From NCBI GenBank assembly GCA_012517355.1, contig JAAYVD010000172.1, positions 64,081 through 128,080 on the forward strand: a stretch of DNA of 64,000 nt, written 5' to 3'. The stretch comes from Candidatus Rifleibacteriota bacterium. GTDB lineage: Bacteria; Muiribacteriota; Ozemobacteria; Ozemobacterales; Ozemobacteraceae. A program made the position numbers and the translations under genes. Under the pieces are notes generated by a model that ran no database searches, had not been told where the DNA came from, and was given only the letters and a program-made list of their open reading frames with translations. Each line of letters begins with the position of its first letter. Position 1 is the first letter of the stretch. Positions 17,488 to 27,600 of the stretch are shown piece after piece.

Positions 17488-19542
17488 ATGGCCAAGAAGT
17501 CGGTGTCGCCCCTGGGTCGCGTCAAGGAACATCTTCAGAAACTGGCCCGGAAGCCGTTCAAAGGGTTGTACCGGGTTCCTGGCCTGTGGTCCCCGGTCGG
17601 CACCGAAGCCACGGATGGCCAGCCCCCCGCCGAGGTCCATCCGGCCAAATACTACCTGTCGCACCTCGAGGCCATCGACGCAGCGGCCGACCGTTCCGTC
17701 GACCCCCTGAAATCCCTGAACGGGCAGAAAGAGGGCGGGAAGCACGGCTCCTGGATCGCCAACGGCTCGATCTACAACGTGTTCGTCCGCCTGACCACCG
17801 CTTTCGACCACGACGGCGACTCCCGTCTCGGCACCGGCGGCCAGGATCCCACCCTCAACGCCGACGGCATGCGCGAGACCGGCACCTTCCTCAAGACCAT
17901 CGCCCTGCTGGGCCATATCCGGCGCCTCGGCTGCACCACCGTCCATCTCCTGCCGGTGACCGCCATCGGCCACGACGGCAACAAAGGTGTCCTGGGCTCC
18001 CCCTACGCCATCAAGGATCCCTACCGTCTCGAGGCCTCCCAGGCCGACCCGCTGCTCGACATGCCGGTCGACGACCAGTTCCGCGCCCTCGTTGAGGCCT
18101 GTCACCTGCTCGGCATGCGGGTCATCGTCGAGTTCGTCTTCCGCACCGCCAGCAAGGATTCCGACTGGACCATCGAGCATCCCGACTGGTTCTACTGGAT
18201 CGACGAAAAGGTCGCCGACCGCCAGGTGGGCGAGACCGATCTCGAGGTGGCCCGCCGCCACTACGGCAACCCGATCTTCACCCCCGAGGAACTGAAGGTC
18301 ATCAACGACAAGGTGTCGCGCAACGATTTCCACGACCTGCCCGCGCCGCCCGAGACCTTCCGTCGCTTCTTCCAGGCGCCTCCGGCCAAGGGGAAGGTCA
18401 AGGTCGATGCCCATGGCCGGGTGCGGGGCACCTCGGTCGATCCGGCCACCGGAAAGACGCTCAGCGTGCGCATTCCCGGCGCCTTCGCCGACTGGCCGCC
18501 CGACGACAACCAGCCCCCCTGGGGCGACGTGACCTACCTGCGCATGTACCGCGACGAGAACCCCGCTGCGCCGCGCTTCAACTACATCGCCTACAACACC
18601 ATCCGCATGTACGACGCCGCCCTGGCCCGCCCCGAACTGGCCAACCGGCCGCTCTGGGACAAGATCCGCGACCTCGCCCCCTACTACCAGGACCAGTTCG
18701 GCATCGACGGCGTGATGGTCGACATGGGCCATGCCGTCCCGGTCAGCCTGATGCAGGAGATCATCGCCGCCGCCCGCGCCAAGGACCCCGACTTCTGCTT
18801 CCTGTCCGAGAACTTCGCGATCGAGCAGAGCAGCGTCGACGCCGGCTACAACGCGGTCGTCGGCTACGCCTGGTGGGTCGAGTACAAACGGGAAGGCATG
18901 ATGGGCCTGCTCGACCACGTCGGGGTGCGCGGCGTGCCGCTGCCGTTCTTCGGCGCCGTCGAGAACCACAATACCCCGCGGGCCGCCGGCCGGCCGGGCG
19001 GCGAACGCTATGCCACCTACGCCTTCCTGGTCAACACTTTCCTGCCGCGGTCGATTCCCTTCATCCATGCCGGGTTCGAGCTGGGCGAAACGATGCCGGT
19101 CAACACCGGCCTCGATTTCTCCAACGCCGACCTCGAAAAGTTCCGCGGCAAGGCCCTGCCGCTCTTCGACCCCGGCGCCCTGCGCTGGGAAGGCGCCCAC
19201 CCGATGCTGGGCATCACCCGCTGCATCCTCGACCTGCGGGCCCGCTACCGCGACACCGTCGACCGTACCGGCCCCGGCTGCTGCGTCCCGTTATCGACCG
19301 GCAACCCCGATGTGATGGCCTTCCTGCGCACAGGCGGGTCGCACACGTTGATGGTCCTGTTCAATCGCAACCTCGAACTCGAACTGGGTTGCACCATCGA
19401 CCTGAAGGCGCACCTGCCGCCCGGCACCGCCAAACTGGCCAACCTCCTCGACAAAGCCGGGGCGGTGCGTGACCTGCCGGTGCGCGACGGCGTGCTGTCC
19501 TGCGCCGTGCGGCCCGGCGACTCGCTGTTCTTTGCCTGGTGA
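17488..19542 (+). CDS. alpha-amylase family (GH13-like) glycosyl hydrolase/transferase
   Basis: ORF 17479..19542; (beta/alpha)8 signature regions (HLLPVTAIGHDGNKGVLGSPYAI, GIDGVMVDMGH); subfamily not assignable without search. Confidence 0.65.
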   Translation: MAKKSVSPLGRVKEHLQKLARKPFKGLYRVPGLWSPVGTEATDGQPPAEVHPAKYYLSHLEAIDAAADRSVDPLKSLNGQKEGGKHGSWIANGSIYNVFVRLTTAFDHDGDSRLGTGGQDPTLNADGMRETGTFLKTIALLGHIRRLGCTTVHLLPVTAIGHDGNKGVLGSPYAIKDPYRLEASQADPLLDMPVDDQFRALVEACHLLGMRVIVEFVFRTASKDSDWTIEHPDWFYWIDEKVADRQVGETDLEVARRHYGNPIFTPEELKVINDKVSRNDFHDLPAPPETFRRFFQAPPAKGKVKVDAHGRVRGTSVDPATGKTLSVRIPGAFADWPPDDNQPPWGDVTYLRMYRDENPAAPRFNYIAYNTIRMYDAALARPELANRPLWDKIRDLAPYYQDQFGIDGVMVDMGHAVPVSLMQEIIAAARAKDPDFCFLSENFAIEQSSVDAGYNAVVGYAWWVEYKREGMMGLLDHVGVRGVPLPFFGAVENHNTPRAAGRPGGERYATYAFLVNTFLPRSIPFIHAGFELGETMPVNTGLDFSNADLEKFRGKALPLFDPGALRWEGAHPMLGITRCILDLRARYRDTVDRTGPGCCVPLSTGNPDVMAFLRTGGSHTLMVLFNRNLELELGCTIDLKAHLPPGTAKLANLLDKAGAVRDLPVRDGVLSCAVRPGDSLFFAW

Positions 19543-19567
19543 GCGACAGGGAAGGGACGGCACGGCC

Positions 19568-20923
19568 ATGAGCGGTCCCGTTCCTGATTCCTCCGGCCGG
19601 CCGCCAGGACCCCAGGCGGGCTCCCCGCAGGCACCTGACCAGGCCTCCGGGCTTGCGGCTTCGTCGGAGCTCCCGCCCGCGCCACTGGCGGGTTCCCCGC
19701 CGCCACCCTCCGGCTGGCGGCGGGTGGCCGCTTTCTTCGCCCTCGAGCGCAGCATCGTCGGCGTCCTGGCCATGTGCATCCTGGTCGGGATGGGCGAACG
19801 CATGGCCGAGCGGTTCCTGCCCGTCTACCTCGTGGCCCTCGGCGGCGGCCCGCTGGTGGTCGGGTTCCTCAACGCCCTCGACAACCTGCTCTCCGCGCTC
19901 TACTCGTTCCCCGGCGGCTGGCTGGCCGACCGGATCGGCACCAAGAAATCGCTGCTGGTCTTCAACCTGGTCGCCATGGCCGGCTACCTCATCGTGCTCA
20001 TCCACCGGTCCTGGGAAGCCGTCCTCGTGGGTTCGGTGCTGTTCATCTCCTGGACCGCCTTGTCGCTGCCCGCCACCATGGGCCTCATCGCCGAGGTGTT
20101 GCCCAAGTCGAAGCGCACCATGGGCGTTTCGGTCCATTCGCTGATCCGGCGCATCCCGATGGCCCTCGGCCCGCTGGCCGGCGGCACCCTGGTCACCTGG
20201 TACGGACCGCTCGACGGTGTCTGGTATGCCTTCGTCGGCGCCCTGGTCATGGCGGTCGTGGCGCTCGTCTTCCAGCAGGTGATGATCCGCGAAACCCCAC
20301 GGCCAGCCCCCCCTTCGCCGGCACCTGACGACTCCGGGCCACCCGCCGCCCCCGCCGCCGCTTCCCCCCTGATCGGCCCCTCCCTGCGCCGACTCCTGGT
20401 GGCCGACATCCTGGTGCGCTTCTGCGAGCAGATGCCCTATCCCTACGTCGTGATCTGGTGCATGAATACCCATTCCCTCACGGGGGTCGAGTTCGGTCTG
20501 CTGACCACCATCGAGATGGTGACCGCGATGCTCGTCTATCTTCCCGTCGCCTGGCTCGCCGACCGGTCCACCAAGAAACCGTTCGTCGTCATGACTTTCG
20601 TCTTCTTCACCCTCTTTCCGCTCGTCCTTCTGCACTCCACCACCTTCTGGCCCCTGGCCTTCGCCTTCTTCGTCCGCGGGCTGAAGGAGTTCGGCGAGCC
20701 CACCCGAAAAGCCCTCATCATCGACCTTGCCCCCGCCGGACGCGAGGCTGCCGCCTTCGGCCAATACTACCTCTGGCGGGACTGCATCGTCTCCGTCGGG
20801 GCGTTCGGCGGGGCCTTCCTGTGGCAGGCCGGCCCGGCCGTGAACCTGTGGACCGCTTTCGCTTTCGGCTTGGCGGGAACCCTGTGGTTCGCCCTGCGCG
20901 GAGAGGACCTCCCCCGCGGCTGA
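19568..20923 (+). CDS. MFS transporter
   Basis: 12 predicted TM helices, DRxGxK-like loop (LADRIGTKK); start at first Met of hydrophobic region. Confidence 0.8.
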   Translation: MSGPVPDSSGRPPGPQAGSPQAPDQASGLAASSELPPAPLAGSPPPPSGWRRVAAFFALERSIVGVLAMCILVGMGERMAERFLPVYLVALGGGPLVVGFLNALDNLLSALYSFPGGWLADRIGTKKSLLVFNLVAMAGYLIVLIHRSWEAVLVGSVLFISWTALSLPATMGLIAEVLPKSKRTMGVSVHSLIRRIPMALGPLAGGTLVTWYGPLDGVWYAFVGALVMAVVALVFQQVMIRETPRPAPPSPAPDDSGPPAAPAAASPLIGPSLRRLLVADILVRFCEQMPYPYVVIWCMNTHSLTGVEFGLLTTIEMVTAMLVYLPVAWLADRSTKKPFVVMTFVFFTLFPLVLLHSTTFWPLAFAFFVRGLKEFGEPTRKALIIDLAPAGREAAAFGQYYLWRDCIVSVGAFGGAFLWQAGPAVNLWTAFAFGLAGTLWFALRGEDLPRG

Positions 20924-21098
20924 ACGTGCTTCCCGGGGGCGGTGCCCCGGCGCCGATACGAGGTGTTCGTTGCAGGCTCTGGCCAATCGGGCCCTCAGCC
21001 TCTCTCGACCGACACCTCTCCATCCCCTTTCCCTGCCTTCCCTTCCTTGGGTTTGATTCAACAAGGTTTCGGCCAAAACGCCGAAGTCCATGCAAATA

Positions 21099-21129
21099 AG
21101 GAAAATTCCCTCGACAAATCAGGGAATTC
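21099..21129. promoter_or_regulatory. palindromic GGAAAATTCCC-N11-GGGAATTCC element upstream of glnA3
   Basis: Inverted repeat aattccc/gggaatt about 120 nt upstream of GSIII ATG; third half-site gaggattcc at 21138. Confidence 0.35.
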
Positions 21130-21183
21130 CTGAAGATCGAGGATTCCATTTTTTCGGTTTTTCGTGCTAACGTCGCGCGTCCG

Positions 21184-21197
21184 CTTGACGATAGTCA
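21184..21197. promoter_or_regulatory. perfect palindrome TTGAC-GATA-GTCAA about 50 nt upstream of glnA3 start
   Basis: ttgacgatagtcaa; candidate operator or -35 region. Confidence 0.35.
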
Positions 21198-21247
21198 AAC
21201 CATGGGTGCCCTCCGCCCAACCTTCGAACCGTTGAAAGGAACCAACC

Positions 21248-23353
21248 ATGTCCAGGGTCACGGAATGTTTCGGGGAACTGACCTTTTCCAAGGCGGTCAT
21301 GCGTGAGAAGCTGAGCCGCGAGGTGTTCGAGAAGCTCTCCGACGCCATCCAGGCCGGCAATGCGCTCGACGAGAACATCGCCGCCGACGTGGCGCACGCC
21401 ATGAAAGAATGGGCCATCAGCCGGGGGGCCACCCATTTCTCCCACTGGTTCCAGCCCCAGCGCGGGGGCACCGCGGAAAAGCACGACGCCTTCCTGTCCT
21501 ATTCCGAACAGGGCGATCTCATCGAACGGTTCTCGGGGAAACAACTGATCCAGTCGGAACCCGACGCCAGCTCCTTTCCCTCGGGCGGCATCCGCTCCAC
21601 CTTCGAAGCCCGTGGCTACACCGCCTGGGATCCCACCTCTCCCGCCTTCCTTCTCGAATCGGGCGAGACCCGCACCCTGGTCATCCCCTCCGTCTTCCTG
21701 AGCTGGACCGGCGACGTCCTCGACCGCAAGACCCCGTTTTTGCGCTCGATGCGCGCCCTCAATGACGCCGTCATCAAGCTCCAGCGCCTGCTCGGCAACC
21801 GCCTCGCCCGCAAGGTCGTCGTCAACGTCGGCCCCGAGCAGGAATACTTCGTCGTCGCCCGCCGCCTGGCCGACACCCGCCCCGACCTGCGCATCTGCGG
21901 CCGCAGCCTGTTCGGCGCCCCTCCCGCCAAGGGCCAGCAGATGGAGGACCACTACTTCGGCGCCATCCACCCGAAAATGATGCGGTTCATGGAGGACCTC
22001 GACCACGAGCTCTACCGCCGGGGCATCCCCGCCAAGACCCGTCACAACGAGGTTTCCCCCAACCAGTTCGAGATCGCCCCCCTCTACGAGGAGGCGAACC
22101 TCGCCATCGACCACAACCTCCAGATGATGGACATCATGAAGAAGGTCGGTGCCCGCCACGACCTCGAGGTGCTCCTGCACGAAAAGCCGTTCGCCGGGGT
22201 CAACGGGTCGGGCAAGCACGTCAACTGGTCGATCGGGGACAACACCGGCGCCAACTACCTCGAGCCCTCCGCCTCGCCGCTGAAGAACATCAACTTCCTG
22301 TTGACCCTCGGCGCCCTGATGCTCGGCGTCGACAAGTTCGGCGGCCTCCTGCGTGCCGGCGTGGCCGATGCCGGTAACGATCACCGCCTGGGGGCCAACG
22401 AAGCGCCACCCGCCATCATGTCGGTCTTCCTGGGCGAGTATCTGAGCACGCTCGTCGACGAAATCGCCGGCATGGGGAAGGTCAACGAGCAGTCGATGAA
22501 CCACATCACCATGGGGGTCCGCAACCTGCCTCGCATCTCCAAGGACACCTCCGACCGCAACCGGACCTCCCCGATCGCCTTCACCGGGAACAAGTTCGAG
22601 TTCCGCGCCGTCGGTTCTTCGCAGAACGTCTCCGAGGCGGTGACCTCCCTCAATCTCCTGCTGGCCTACGGCCTGTTCATCATCGAGGGCCGGATGGCGG
22701 AACGTGGATCCATCGAAGACGTCAAGGAACGCGCCATCACCGTCCTCAAGGACGTGTTCAAGGAGACCCGCCGGGTGCGCTTCGACGGCAACGGGTACAG
22801 CGAGGAATGGCATCGCGAGGCGGAACGGCGCGGCCTGCCCAACGCCCGCAACACCCCCGCCGCGTTGCCCGCCTACCTGGACAAGGAGGTCATCGAGCTG
22901 ATGGAGAAGTCGCGGACCCTCAGCGAGCGCGAACTGCGGGCCAAGGTCGAGATCAAGCTCGAAACGTATCTCAAGACCAAGGAGATCGAGTACAAAACCG
23001 CCCTCGACATGGCCCGCACCCTGTTCCTGCCGGCCCTGACCCGCCAGATCGCCAGCACCGCGGCGGCCGCCGCCGCCATGAAGCAGGCCGGCCTCGAGGG
23101 AACCCTCCTGCGTGATGAGGCCGCGCGCTTCGAAGCCCTGTTCGGCGACATCAAGGCGCGGACCGCCGAGCTCGAACGGGTCCTGAACGACGCCCAGGCC
23201 GAAAAGGATTGCCACCGGCGGGCCCACTTCCTCGCCGACCACGGCGAGACCGCCCTCGGGGCCCTGCGGGCGGTGGTCGACACCGCCGAACGGGACGTGG
23301 CCGCCGAATTCTGGCCCATGGCCAAATACCAGGAACTGTTGACCGTCCTGTAA
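21248..23353 (+). CDS. glnA: glutamine synthetase type III
   Basis: 701 aa; full-length GSIII similarity (MSRVTECFGELTFSKAVMREKL..., NEVSPNQFEIAP, FAGVNGSGKHVNWS); AAAGGA RBS. Confidence 0.95.
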   Translation: MSRVTECFGELTFSKAVMREKLSREVFEKLSDAIQAGNALDENIAADVAHAMKEWAISRGATHFSHWFQPQRGGTAEKHDAFLSYSEQGDLIERFSGKQLIQSEPDASSFPSGGIRSTFEARGYTAWDPTSPAFLLESGETRTLVIPSVFLSWTGDVLDRKTPFLRSMRALNDAVIKLQRLLGNRLARKVVVNVGPEQEYFVVARRLADTRPDLRICGRSLFGAPPAKGQQMEDHYFGAIHPKMMRFMEDLDHELYRRGIPAKTRHNEVSPNQFEIAPLYEEANLAIDHNLQMMDIMKKVGARHDLEVLLHEKPFAGVNGSGKHVNWSIGDNTGANYLEPSASPLKNINFLLTLGALMLGVDKFGGLLRAGVADAGNDHRLGANEAPPAIMSVFLGEYLSTLVDEIAGMGKVNEQSMNHITMGVRNLPRISKDTSDRNRTSPIAFTGNKFEFRAVGSSQNVSEAVTSLNLLLAYGLFIIEGRMAERGSIEDVKERAITVLKDVFKETRRVRFDGNGYSEEWHREAERRGLPNARNTPAALPAYLDKEVIELMEKSRTLSERELRAKVEIKLETYLKTKEIEYKTALDMARTLFLPALTRQIASTAAAAAAMKQAGLEGTLLRDEAARFEALFGDIKARTAELERVLNDAQAEKDCHRRAHFLADHGETALGALRAVVDTAERDVAAEFWPMAKYQELLTVL

Positions 23354-23474
23354 GCGGCCTCTGGGGGGCGGGTTCCGCCCCATCGGCCCTTTCCTGCCCG
23401 CCCGGTGGCCCTCTCTGCCCCGGGCGGGCTTGGCCTCTTCCCCAGGCGATGGCGCCGGGTATGCTCATCACCAG

Positions 23475-23640
23475 ACCAGGTTCGGACCGACACGACATCG
23501 GAGGCTCCCCCTTCCCGCCACGGATGTCGGCGCGAAGCCCCCAATCATAAGCCGCGCAGCGGCCACAGACCCGCTGCCGGCCCGATCGCCAAGCCCACGG
23601 ATGTCGGCACCAAGCCCCGAATGCGTGCCGCGCCAGCGGG
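23475..23640. repeat. degenerate family-B-related hairpin repeats
   Basis: gaccgacacgacatcggaggctcccccttcccgccacggatgtcggcgcgaagcccc and gcccacggatgtcggcaccaagcccc resemble the 81-bp unit at 14875..15060. Confidence 0.5.
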
Positions 23641-23744
23641 CCACCGGGGTCGATCGACGTGCACCGGTGCCCCGCTTGCAAAACGACGCGATTCCGGTAT
23701 ACTGACCCCACCGGTTCCCCCATTCCTGTGCACCGAGGTCGGCT

Positions 23745-24356
23745 GTGCGTTCGTGGTGGTTCGTGGTCTTCATGCTGGTGGTCGTGTTCGCCACCGTGGC
23801 CTGCGACGAAAGCGGCGAGGTGGTGTATCCCGAGGCCCCGCCCAGTTCGGTCGGGCCCACCCTGGCCAACCTGCTGGCCGGCACCACCACGTTGTCCCGG
23901 ACGAACGGCGGCATTCTCCGGCTGTCCTGCGAATGGGCCAGCCCCCGCGCGGTGACGACCGGAACGGCCTATCTCGCCTTCGTCCGGTCCCTGTCAGACG
24001 TGCTGGCCTCTCCCACCGGGGTCATCGGCTCGGGAACGGCCTCGACCACGGTCACCGCGACCAGCACCACCACGACCACCGCCACCACCACCACCACGGC
24101 CTCGGGCACCAGCACCGCCTCGGGCACCGCCACCGCCTCCGAGACCGCCGCCTTCTACGCCCGCTTCGAAACGCCCATCGCCGTCCCGCTCGGCATCGGC
24201 ACCGATCAGAAGCAGGGCTTCTTCAGCGTCGAGCTCCCGTTCCCCACCGCCGACATCGCCGACGCCCCCCTCGGCCGCCAGCAGATGCTGCTGTGGATGG
24301 TGATCAACGGCGTGAAGACCAACTCTCTCGCCTTCGAGGTCGAGTTCACCCCCTGA
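23745..24356 (+). CDS. hypothetical Thr-rich lipoprotein
   Basis: Signal peptide plus lipobox MRSWWFVVFMLVVVFATVAC; poly-Thr/Ser linker; no family recognised. Confidence 0.6.
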   Translation: MRSWWFVVFMLVVVFATVACDESGEVVYPEAPPSSVGPTLANLLAGTTTLSRTNGGILRLSCEWASPRAVTTGTAYLAFVRSLSDVLASPTGVIGSGTASTTVTATSTTTTTATTTTTASGTSTASGTATASETAAFYARFETPIAVPLGIGTDQKQGFFSVELPFPTADIADAPLGRQQMLLWMVINGVKTNSLAFEVEFTP

Positions 24357-24414
24357 ATTTCGGGGACACATGACCAAATTCCCCCCAGAAGGTGACGCTC
24401 CAGCCTCTCGACTG

Positions 24415-24545
24415 GCGCATCCATTCCCCTTTCTTCATCAACCCACCGATTCTGACAATGCCGATCGTGTTGGCGACTCCCTTACGCCACTTCCCCCCCC
24501 GTTCTCCCTTTCCCCTGCCGCCCTCGAGGTTTCTGCCGAAATGCT
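24415..24545 (+). repeat. single copy of CT-rich family C element
   Basis: ggcgactcccttacgccacttcccccccgttctccctttcccctgccgccctcgaggtttc matches the 16318..16740 unit. Confidence 0.7.
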
Positions 24546-24597
24546 GAAGTCTCGAGAAGTTTGCGAACCCCTCGCCGAAGGAAGTCGTGTGTCCCCG

Positions 24598-24643
24598 GAA
24601 TTCCCGAAATTCCCCCAAAATTCCGTAATTCCCCGAAATTCCC
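24598..24643. repeat. (GAAATTCCC)x5 short tandem repeat abutting nuclease stop codon
   Basis: ggaattccc gaaattccccc aaaattccg taattcccc gaaattccc, ending 1 nt before the CTA (minus-strand TAG stop) at 24645. Confidence 0.8.
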
Positions 24644-24644
24644 A

Positions 24645-27600
24645 CTAGAACTTCTTCATCGAGATCAGCGACTGGTCTTGCAGCACCTCCTCCTTCAGGG
24701 GACAATCGTGAAGGTGGTCGCAGCTCTTGCAGTACTTGTTCTTCCTGGGGGCGAACTCCTTCTCGTTGATCATCGCGTAGGCGGTCTTGTCGACCTGCTC
24801 GACGACCTTGGGCACGTCCTCGCGGGTGCGGGTGGTGGTGATCTTGGCGTCGTGGTCGAGCATGAACAGCGACAGCTTGCTGATCTTCAGGCCGAGCGCG
24901 TCCTCGCAGGCCCAGTAGTAGATGCTCAGCTGCTTGTCGTGGTCGACCTCGTCCTGGGTGCGCATGGTCGGCTCGGTCTTGTAGTCGAGGATCTCGTAGG
25001 TGCCGTCCGGAAGCTTGTCGATGCGGTCGATGAAGCCGGTCATGACGGCATACTTGCCACACGGCAGCTCGAAGTAGTCCTCGATCGAGTGGGCCGGGGC
25101 GAACGGCTGGTCCTTGATGAACCGGTTGTAGTAGAGGGTGATCTGCCGGATGCCGTCCTGCCGGTAGCGCTCCTCGATCTCTTCCGAGGCCATGCCTTCG
25201 CGGTGGGTGAGCCGGACCTCGTCGTAGATCTTCAACACCTCCTCGAGGGAAGGCTTGGGGCGCGGGTTGCCGGGGTCGTAGATATGCTCGAAGGTCTCGT
25301 GGATGGTGGTGCCGAAGCTGAAGAACGGCTGCGGCTTGGGCGGCACGCGGTCGAGGTAGAGCCGCTTGTAGGCGCGCGGGCAGTTCAGATACAGGCTCAT
25401 CTTCGAGTAGCTGAGCCGGATGCGCTTGCGGAACACCTCGGGGGTCTCGCCGGCCATCTGGAACGGCTTGACCTTCCACTCCGGGCAGGGGTTGTAGAAC
25501 TCGCACCAGGCGCACAGGGCGCCCTTGTTGGGTTCCCATTTCGCCTCGGTGATGCCGGCGACGATCTTGCGGAGCCGCTTCTTGTGGGCCTCGATATGCT
25601 CGGACTCCGGGGTGAGGCTCATCTTTTTGTTGGCGGCCAGGAAGATGTACGACACCTTGGCCACCTGGCCCGGCCAGCGCTGGCTGGCCGCCAGGTACAT
25701 GTTCAGCAGACCCATGTCCTCGTGGATGATCCGCTCGTCGGGGATCTTCTTGCCCGACTTGTAGTCGATGATCTCGTATTTGCCGTCCGGGAGCTGGTCG
25801 ACCCGGTCGATCTGCACCGCCAGATCGAGGTCGTCGAACGTCCAGCGGGCCGAGGTCTCGAACATGACCGGGTTCTCCTCCCCGGTCAGGCCGTTGAAAT
25901 ACTCCTCGAGCATCTGCATGCCGCGGCTCTTGAAACGCTGTTCCTCTTCCCAATCGGTGTAGCCGCCGTCGATCCAGTGCTTGGCCAGCAGCTCCCGGAA
26001 CGGGTTGACCTTCTGCATCTTCCGCTCGAAATGCTCGTGGTACTCGCGCAGGGCGTAGTGCAGTGACCGGTCGAAGTTCAGGTGCGGGGTGGGGCGGGGC
26101 TCCTTGGGCACCCGGTCGATGTAGTTCATCTTGTATTTGAGCGGGCAGGACAGGAAGGAATTGATCTTGCTGGGAGACAGCAGCATCCGCTTCGCGTCCT
26201 CGCAACGGTCGAGGTAATCGCAGTAGGGGCAGAGGGGATTGCGGTTCCCCTCGAACTCCCCGCGGGCGTTCTCGTCCTGGAACTCGCTGACCGCCAGCTT
26301 CAGCCGCTCGAGATCGCGCGGCGACGGGGTGAACACCACCCGCTCGCCCGGCAGCAGGTACAGGAAGGTGGTGCGCTCGACCTTGCCGGGCCAGGTCAGG
26401 CTGGCCACGGTGTGGGTGAGCACCCCCGACAGGTCGATCTCGGCCTCGTGCACGGTCATCGGCCGCTTGGTGGTCTTGTAGACGAACACCTCGTAATTGC
26501 CGTTGGGCAGGATGTCGACCCGGTCGAACCCGGCGCTCAGCACGACCCCCTCGAAGGGCGCGCGGGCCTGGTCGGCCAGGGTGCGCACGCGCGGCCGCTT
26601 CCCCTCGAGCGACTCGAGGAAGTTCTTCAGCGCCTTCTTGCCCGTCTCCTCGAGGAACTGCCGGGCCTGCAGGCTGAGCGAGACGTCGGTCGGGATGCGG
26701 GTCAGGTAGTACTTGTACAATTTCTCGAGATCCGCCGACTGGTTGAGGGCGAAGAAGTCGCGCAGGACGTCGCGCACCACCTGGTTGAGCAGCAGGGCCG
26801 GCCGTTCTTTGTCGGGAACCGGGGCCCGCTCGAGGTAGCGGAACTTGTACTTGCGCGGGCATTCCCGCAGGGTCTGGATCTTGGCCGTGGTCGCGGTCAG
26901 CGCCTGGAACTGGCACTGGGTCGCGGCGCGGCAGGTGGAACAGCCCGGCCCGCCAAGCGTCTCGAACTCCTTGCGCCGCATCCGTTCGCTGATGTCCTCG
27001 AGCAGGTCGATCCCGTGCTTGGTCATGAACTCGTCGACCTCGACGGTGACCGCCCGGGCGGCGCGCAGGTAGAGGTGGGTGAACCGCTTCACCCGCCCCG
27101 GCCATTTCGCCGCGGCGACGGCGCAGGTGATGGCCGACACCGGGTCGATCTTCAGCTCGCCCTCGTCCTTCACGCTCTTGCCGGTCTTGTAGTCGATCAG
27201 CTCGAGCGAGCCGTCCGGGTGCTCGTCGATGCGGTCGATGGTGATCTGGAAATCGTAGCGCTCGGTCGACAGGGAGAGGAACTCGTTGATGAAGCGGGTG
27301 TGCGATTTCGGGTAGAGCAGCTTGAAATAGAGCTGCAACAGCTCGCGCCCGGTCTCCTTCATCAGCACGACCGTCTCTTCGGGGAAGGTCTTGGGCACGG
27401 CCTCGTAGAAGCGGGCGAACAGGTATCCCTGCGGGTCGCCGTGGGCGGCCGGCTTGAAATCGCGGTGCAGGGCGGTCAGGGCGTCGTGCAGCGCGCGGTC
27501 GAGGGCCAGGTCGGTGGAGGGCTCGGCCGGTTCGGCGCGCCCCGCCGTCCGGTGCAGGTAGTAGTGGGCGAACTTCTGGGGGCACTCGAGGAAGGTGCGC

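Noticed and set aside
24598-24643. Possible CRISPR array
   Set aside because: Units are 9-10 nt with no spacers; far too short. No cas genes.
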